DNA of 64,000 nt from the NCBI GenBank assembly GCA_965248265.1, contig CBDFJF010000001.1, forward strand, positions 800,001 through 864,000, in the 5' to 3' direction. Each line of letters begins with the position of its first letter. Position 1 is the first letter of the stretch. The translations under genes were made by a program, and so were the position numbers. Source of the stretch: Candidatus Latescibacterota bacterium. Its GTDB lineage: Bacteria > Latescibacterota > UBA2968 > UBA8231. The notes under the pieces are model-generated. The model did not search any database, was not told the DNA's origin, and saw nothing but the letters and a program-made list of their open reading frames with translations. Positions 58,453 to 64,000 of this stretch are shown here, one piece after another.

Positions 58453-60391
58453 ATGCGATGTTTCAATGCGATGGTGAGCAGCAGACACCTCCGTAAGAGC
58501 CTGCAGAAGGCTTCCCTCATAGGGGTCGCAGCGATGGGGTTCCTCGTGTCGGGTTGTCCAATCGGGACATCCGCCCCCGCCCGTGTCGTCATAGTAGAGG
58601 AATCGGGGCCCAACCCCTGGACGGACCTGCCGTTTCGCAACGATCCGGATGACTTTCAGTTTATCATCGTAAGCGATCGCACAGGTGGCCATAGGCCGGG
58701 CGTGTTTCCCGATGGCGTACGCAAGGCCGACCTACTGCAACCGGAATTCGTGATGTCGGTCGGAGACCTGATCCAGGGTTATACAAAGGACGAAGTGGAA
58801 CTCGACCGGCAGTGGGACGAGATGGACACCTTCGTCAGCATGCTGAGCATGCCCTTTTTCTACGTACCCGGCAACCACGACATCACGAACGAAGTGATGG
58901 CGAGGATATGGAACGAGCGCTTCGGGCGATCATTCTACCACTTCATATACCGCGATGTCCTCTTTCTCTGCCTGAACACGGAAGACGGTGCACAATCCAC
59001 AATCGGGGACGACCAGGTCACCTACTTCCAAAATGTGTTGGCGGCCAACACTGATGTGCGATGGACACTGGTGTTCATGCACAAACCCCTGTGGGTGTAC
59101 GACGATTCGAGTGGGTGGGCGGACATTGAAGCGGCGATAACAGGCCGGCCTTATACCGTGTTCGCGGGGCATTTTCATTCGTACACGAAATACGAGCGAC
59201 TCGATCAACGCTACTTCATTCTAGCGACCACCGGTGGTTGGAGCAGACTGCGCGGCCCGGACGTTGGCGAATTCGATCATGTGGTCTGGGTGACGATGAC
59301 GGATGAAGGTCCGGTTATTGCGAATCTCCTGCTGGACGGGATTTGGGACGAAGATGTCTTCACGGAGCCAGAACGTGCGCTGGTTCTCGAACTGTCTCCG
59401 AAGCTGAAGGCCGTACAGGTGACGTCCTCCATCCTGCAAGAGACGGAGTACTTGGAGCCAGCGGGGGCGATGGTCCGACTGACCAACGACGCCGATATTC
59501 CGCTACACGTTCGCGGCCAGGTCGATCCACATCCTGAGTTGGTCGTCGAACCAGACGTTTTCGATAGAGTCGTACCCCCGAACTCTGTAGAGTTCGTGGA
59601 GATCAGCATCGATGCCACGGAGCCGTTGTTGCTGGACGATTTCCGCTCGCTCCTTCTGTCCTACACGACTCGCTTCGATCGACCCGAACGGGGCCCACTC
59701 GAGCTCGAAGGAACCCAAACAATCATGGTCGGACGGCGCGAGCAGCATTTCTCATGCAAACGTCGAACGCTGCCAGTGGTCGTGGATGGCCGGCTCGACG
59801 AGTGGAGTGAATGGCCGTTTGAAGTGCGGGAACCAGCGCAGCTGCGCTTTCAACACGAGTCGTGGCAGGGTCCTGAAGATAGCTGGTTCCGGTTCGCGGT
59901 GGAGTACGACGAGAGCTATCTGTATGTGGCTGTAGAGGCGTTCGATGACACGATAGTGAGTCCGAATGACAAGACGCTGTGGGACTTCGAACCACCCTGG
60001 GAGCACGATGCAATCGAAGTGCACCTGGACGCCAGGCCGGATCCGATGAGATCGGCAAATCGCGGCGAAGATGAACTTAGAGAGTATCTCAAGGTAGCTG
60101 TCAGCCCTCGCGAAACAGGAGAGGAGAGGGTGCTGTTTGAACCCGATCTGATGCCGGAGGGCTTGCAGGTAGCGGCCATCATAACGAAAACCGGACACGC
60201 CGCGGAGGTTGCTATCCCAACAAGCTAGCTATCTCAACGAACGGCAACAGCAGCCGTGGAAGGTCGTCCGACTGTTCGTGGCCATCGATGATCAGGATGA
60301 GGAACCCTACGGTCCTGTCGCCCAATTGTTGTGGCGGCCGCACTGGCAGACGCCCGAGTCGTTCGACGGTTCGGGTACCTTCGAGCGCTGA
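58453..60391 (+). pseudogene. Metallophosphoesterase + CBM9-like protein, frameshifted near the C-terminus
   Basis: SDRTGG, VGDLIQG, PGNHD, FMHKP, AGHFH; VDGRLDEW; AGCT duplication at 60223-60230 creates TAG; the tail continues to GSGTFER*. Confidence 0.82.
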
Positions 60392-60409
60392 GGTGATGCC
60401 GCGTTTGAG

Positions 60410-60667
60410 ATTTACCGTCATCGGATTCACAATCAAGATATGGGAGGAGAATACGGTAGAGCCGGATCTTTGGGGTCTGATGGTTGACGCAAAACATCAA
60501 GGACGTTCGTACGCACGGAAAGCGGTCGAGCTGGCGATCGAGGAGATGTGGGATTTCTTGCTGAAGATGGCAGCGCAAGAAGGTTCTATGAGAAGATCGG
60601 TTTCGAGGTCGGCAGAAAACAGGCTTTTGATGGCTGGGAAGAGCTAATCGCCTACAAAGTGCTTTGA
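60410..60667 (+). pseudogene. GNAT acetyltransferase relic
   Basis: LMVDAKHQGRSYARKAV, then shifted ARRFYEKIGF. Confidence 0.65.
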
Positions 60668-60734
60668 ATCGGTACCCCGTCAGGTAAAAACACGTTGCCG
60701 CTACGGCGCTTTGCGCCTTGGCCCTCGGCACCGG

Positions 60735-60763
60735 TGACCGTCGGATCCTATATCTGACGGTCG
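60735..60763. repeat. 29-bp REP-like palindrome, copy 4
   Basis: TGACCGTCGGAT-CCTAT-ATCTGACGGTCG. Confidence 0.7.
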
Positions 60764-61165
60764 GTCCTCGGTCATGAACGAAGTGTACAAGATGAAGGTA
60801 GTTTCCCGAGATTGCATAGTGCCGGCAGAAATGCAATCACCAGATAAAGGAACCTGTGGCCCAGGTTGAGTTGGGCGAACGCTTCATCGTTGAAACAATC
60901 AATATACCGAACGGCATCACACGTACGCCTGATGAAGTCGATCCCGAGGCGCCCCATGAACGAGGCGAAACACGGTGGAATGGAATATTCCGCGATCCCA
61001 TTGATAGACAAAGTGGATGTTCAACGGCGGCTGTCAGAACCGTGGTCGCAGCCGCGCTGTAGCCAGCGACGCCGGACCCGGTTACGGTCTCGGCTGGTGC
61101 AGTGTGCTCCGGCATTTCATTTTCTCTCGTCAGTACGATTCGAGCTCAGAACAAGGGGACGGAAA

Positions 61166-62011
61166 ATGGAGCGAGCAACCGAATATCGCCACGTAGCGGT
61201 GCGACCACTTGCCGGTGCGCTCGGAGCCGAGATCGAGGGAGTCGATCTGGCGAGGCCACTGCCAGATGAAGCCGTCGCGGAAATACATCAGGTGTTTCTC
61301 GAATACCTAGTGGTCTTTTTCCGAGCACAAACGCTTTCCCCCGCCAACCTGCTCGCATTCTCCAAGCGCTTCGGCAATCCCATGGAGTATCCTCAGGTCG
61401 GGGGTCTGCCCGAATGCCCGCAAGTTACCGCGGTGACGAAGCTGGAGCACGAAACCATCAATTTTGGGGGCGCCTGGCACTCCGACACGTCGTATCTGCC
61501 CTGTCCGCCGATGGCGAGCATGCTCTACGCGGTCGAACTGCCACCCGCCGGAGGTGACACCATATTCGCTAACCAGTACACGGCGTACGAGACGCTGTCT
61601 CCGGGTCTCAAGGCAGCACTCGATGGCCTGGTCGGCGTCAACAGCTCGCTAAAGGCCGACTCGGCGAAGACGCGTGTCGATCGGATGCGCGACACGGGGT
61701 CCGAGTTGAGAGTTCTGGTCAGCGAGCATCCTGTCATCCGCACGCATCCCGAGACAGGGCGCCGGGCACTCTACGTCAACGTCGGCCACACGACCCACTT
61801 CAAAGGCTGGACGGAAGACGAAAGCGCGTCCCTACTCGGATATCTCTTCAAGCACCAGATCGCGGCGGAACTCACGTGCCGCTTTCGCTGGCAGCCCGGT
61901 TCGCTCTCGTTCTGGGACAATCGCTGCACGCAACACTATCCAGTGAACGACTACCAGGGATTCAAGCGCGTCATGCACCGCGTCACGCTGGAAGGTGACG
62001 TGCCTCGTTAG
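61166..62011 (+). CDS. TauD/TfdA family Fe/2OG dioxygenase
   Basis: LGAEIEGVDL, WHSDTSY, GGDTIFAN, HPVIRTHPETGR, WDNRCTQH. Confidence 0.93.
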   Translation: MERATEYRHVAVRPLAGALGAEIEGVDLARPLPDEAVAEIHQVFLEYLVVFFRAQTLSPANLLAFSKRFGNPMEYPQVGGLPECPQVTAVTKLEHETINFGGAWHSDTSYLPCPPMASMLYAVELPPAGGDTIFANQYTAYETLSPGLKAALDGLVGVNSSLKADSAKTRVDRMRDTGSELRVLVSEHPVIRTHPETGRRALYVNVGHTTHFKGWTEDESASLLGYLFKHQIAAELTCRFRWQPGSLSFWDNRCTQHYPVNDYQGFKRVMHRVTLEGDVPR

Positions 62012-62140
62012 GTAGAAGTTCTGCGACAGTACAGCAGGGGGCTCCCCGATTGGGCGTCGGGAAGCTCACGATTGCAGATAGATGGCGGCTTGCCCAGCCG
62101 CGGAACAGTGTGATGACTCGTCAGATGAGGTGAGACAAGC

Positions 62141-62923
62141 GTGAATGGTCCGCTTTCAGCAACCCAGGTGGCATCTTTCCAACGAGACGGTTTTCTCGTC
62201 GTCGAGGACGTGTTGAGCGCGGACGAGGTCGCGACACTCGCCGAGCGAGCGGATCTGATCGCGGCGGGAAAAGCCGACCACATACGCGAAGAGAGCGTCC
62301 AGCTGGAGCCCGTCTTCCTCTCGGGGGAGAGGGCGGTCGAGGACCAGGTGCTCTCGGTGCGCAAGCTCTCCAACATCGCCGTCTACGACCCGGTGATGTG
62401 GGAGCACGCGACCCATCTCAAAATCGTCGACATCATCGCCGCGCTGCTGGGTACCGACGACCTGAAGATGTACGGCGACCAGCTCTTCATGAAGGCGCCG
62501 GAGATCGGCCGTGCCAAGGGATGGCATCAGGATTCGGCCTCGTGGCGCGACATCCTGCCCATGGATCTGGTGTCGGCGTGGACGGCCATCGACACAGCCA
62601 CCCTCGATAACGGCTGCCTGCACTTCGCCCCCGGGACCCATCGCTGGGGCATGCTGAACGGGCGCCAACTCGAGCCCTTCCTTCCAGATCTCGACAGTGG
62701 CCGCTGGCCCAGCGTGCCGGTGCCGCTGCGTGCGGGCAGCGTCAGCTTTCACCACAGCCTCACCCTGCACAGCAGCGGCCCCAATCAAACCGCCACGCGC
62801 CGTCGCGGGTACGCCGTCCACTACATGCGGGCGACGTCGATCAAGGACGAGGTGGTGACGGACGCCCCGAAGATGCCGCCGTTCAAGCAGGTGCGCGGCA
62901 ACTCGTTTCCGGGCCGCGTGTAG
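62141..62923 (+). CDS. PhyH family Fe/2OG dioxygenase
   Basis: FQRDGFL, WHQD, NGCL..PGTH, FHHSLTLHSSGPN..RR. Confidence 0.93.
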   Translation: MNGPLSATQVASFQRDGFLVVEDVLSADEVATLAERADLIAAGKADHIREESVQLEPVFLSGERAVEDQVLSVRKLSNIAVYDPVMWEHATHLKIVDIIAALLGTDDLKMYGDQLFMKAPEIGRAKGWHQDSASWRDILPMDLVSAWTAIDTATLDNGCLHFAPGTHRWGMLNGRQLEPFLPDLDSGRWPSVPVPLRAGSVSFHHSLTLHSSGPNQTATRRRGYAVHYMRATSIKDEVVTDAPKMPPFKQVRGNSFPGRV

Positions 62924-62956
62924 GCACGCACACATCGCGTGTAGGCACGCACACAC
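62915..62956 (+). repeat. 21-bp tandem duplication spanning the stop codon
   Basis: CGCGTGTAGGCACGCACACAT / CGCGTGTAGGCACGCACACAC. Confidence 0.85.
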
Positions 62957-62987
62957 GTCAGGTCGCAGGTCGGCACCAGACCTCACC

Positions 62988-63706
62988 TCACCGCCCAGCC
63001 AGCGCCGTCAGAGCCGCCAAAACCTGAATCCGGCCCTTGTCCGCCAGGGTGCGGTCTATCTTCTCGTTCAGCCAGTCGTGCCTCCCCAGGGACCTCAAAT
63101 CCATGATCTCGTGGCCCCCGGCCTTCAAGACGCTCAACGGCAGGGTCGCCAACAAGCGACGCGCCTCCTCTAACTCCGGACCGGTCACCCCGGACGCCTG
63201 TTGAACAGGTAGTGATGGTGTATTTCAACGTTGCTGAAACCCTCGTCGATCCAAATGTCAGGGTTCGCCCTCGTCGGAACGAGCGGTCCGTGCTGTTGTT
63301 CGCTCAATCGCACCAGGTCGCCGACCTCGTGGAACTGCTCGTCTACATCGGCCACGAGGATGCGGATCGTCAGGGGCCACTCCACGTCCGCGACCCCCCC
63401 CGCCGTACTGAATGAGACGCCCCGGATCGGCTGTACCGCTCCCAGGTCCAGCGTGAAGATCGAAGGGGCCTTTTCCTGCCAGCCCACGGTCGACTTGTGG
63501 ACCCAGAAGTAGCCCTCCGTGTACTCACCGTCTGTCAGCTGCTCGAGATCATCGGGGTCGGTGCAGTGCCCGTAGTTGGGACTCGGGTCTATCGTGTAGC
63601 TCGCCCCGAGCGCGATGTTATCGCTCGGGCGGTCTACGTACTCCGCGGCCCGTGCCCACGCCAGTGCAACTATCAGCGACGTCGCTGCCGCCAACGTCGG
63701 TCTCAT
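62988..63706 (-). pseudogene. Secreted discoidin-domain glycoside hydrolase-like gene, internally deleted
   Basis: Signal + NIALGASYT..QLTDG..TLDLG joined out of frame near 63190 to a helical C-terminus (EEARRLL..RIQVLAAL). Confidence 0.6.
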
Positions 63707-63823
63707 GGCTTGTCCTCGCTTTCTGATGAGGGCTTCTTCCTCAGTAATCTCAAACTGCATGGTTCAGGCCGCCTTCGGTGGACCCACGAGCGCACGGGAA
63801 GCGGCTCCGGCAAGCCGGACCGT

Positions 63824-64000
63824 TTACAGATTCTGCAGCGCCCACTCCCAGACCAAGATCACGATCTTCGGGCTCCACTCGCCGATGATGAACCCCAGGA
63901 ACAGCGGCTTCAGCGTGTTGTAGAGCCGCGGTCCGCCCCAGCGCAGGACGGCGGTCTTGATCGCCCAGGCGAAGAGGATGCTGAGAAACATCTTGTAGAC
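63824..64000 (-). CDS. DUF6784/DUF6785-like membrane protein, 3' end only
   Basis: FLSILFAWAIKTAVLRWGGPRLYNTLKPLFLGFIIGE parallels the C-terminus of 20130-22136. Confidence 0.75.
   Translation of the reverse strand, partial: VYKMFLSILFAWAIKTAVLRWGGPRLYNTLKPLFLGFIIGEWSPKIVILVWEWALQNL

Noticed and set aside
60856-61062. Acetamidase-like fragment (QVELGERFIVETIN)
   Set aside because: Only about 15 residues of resemblance
62915-62956. CRISPR-like repeat
   Set aside because: Only two adjacent units, no spacer, and no cas genes in the window

Overview
High-GC bacterial genomic DNA; I found no rRNA, tRNA or CRISPR array. The gene content suggests a Latescibacterota/Poribacteria-like organism (inference): many PhyH-family dioxygenases, signal-less GH-like beta-propellers, DUF6785-like membrane proteins, and secreted proteins ending in FlgD-Ig/T9SS-like tails. 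The main structure is a ~14-kb catabolic-looking cluster (5463-19532) with six cytoplasmic five-bladed beta-propeller proteins (three A-type paralogs, two B-type, one divergent) interleaved with three Fe/2OG dioxygenases. Other carbohydrate-related genes lie elsewhere: a seventh propeller, a 1705-aa GH42-like protein, a DgaE/SelA-like PLP enzyme and a PL2 lyase. Accessory elements include an intact IS3 (IS51 group) inserted into what reads as an integron gene cassette with a complete attC, further attC-like relics, a DUF433/DUF5615 toxin-antitoxin pair, an IS1595-derived miniature element and a 29-bp palindrome family (4 copies). Unusual proteins include a degenerate class III cyclase fused to a FliG C-terminal domain, an orphan FlgM-like peptide and a low-GC delta-class carbonic anhydrase. 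Many spacers are internally deleted gene relics. All family calls come from motif recognition by eye, not database searches.
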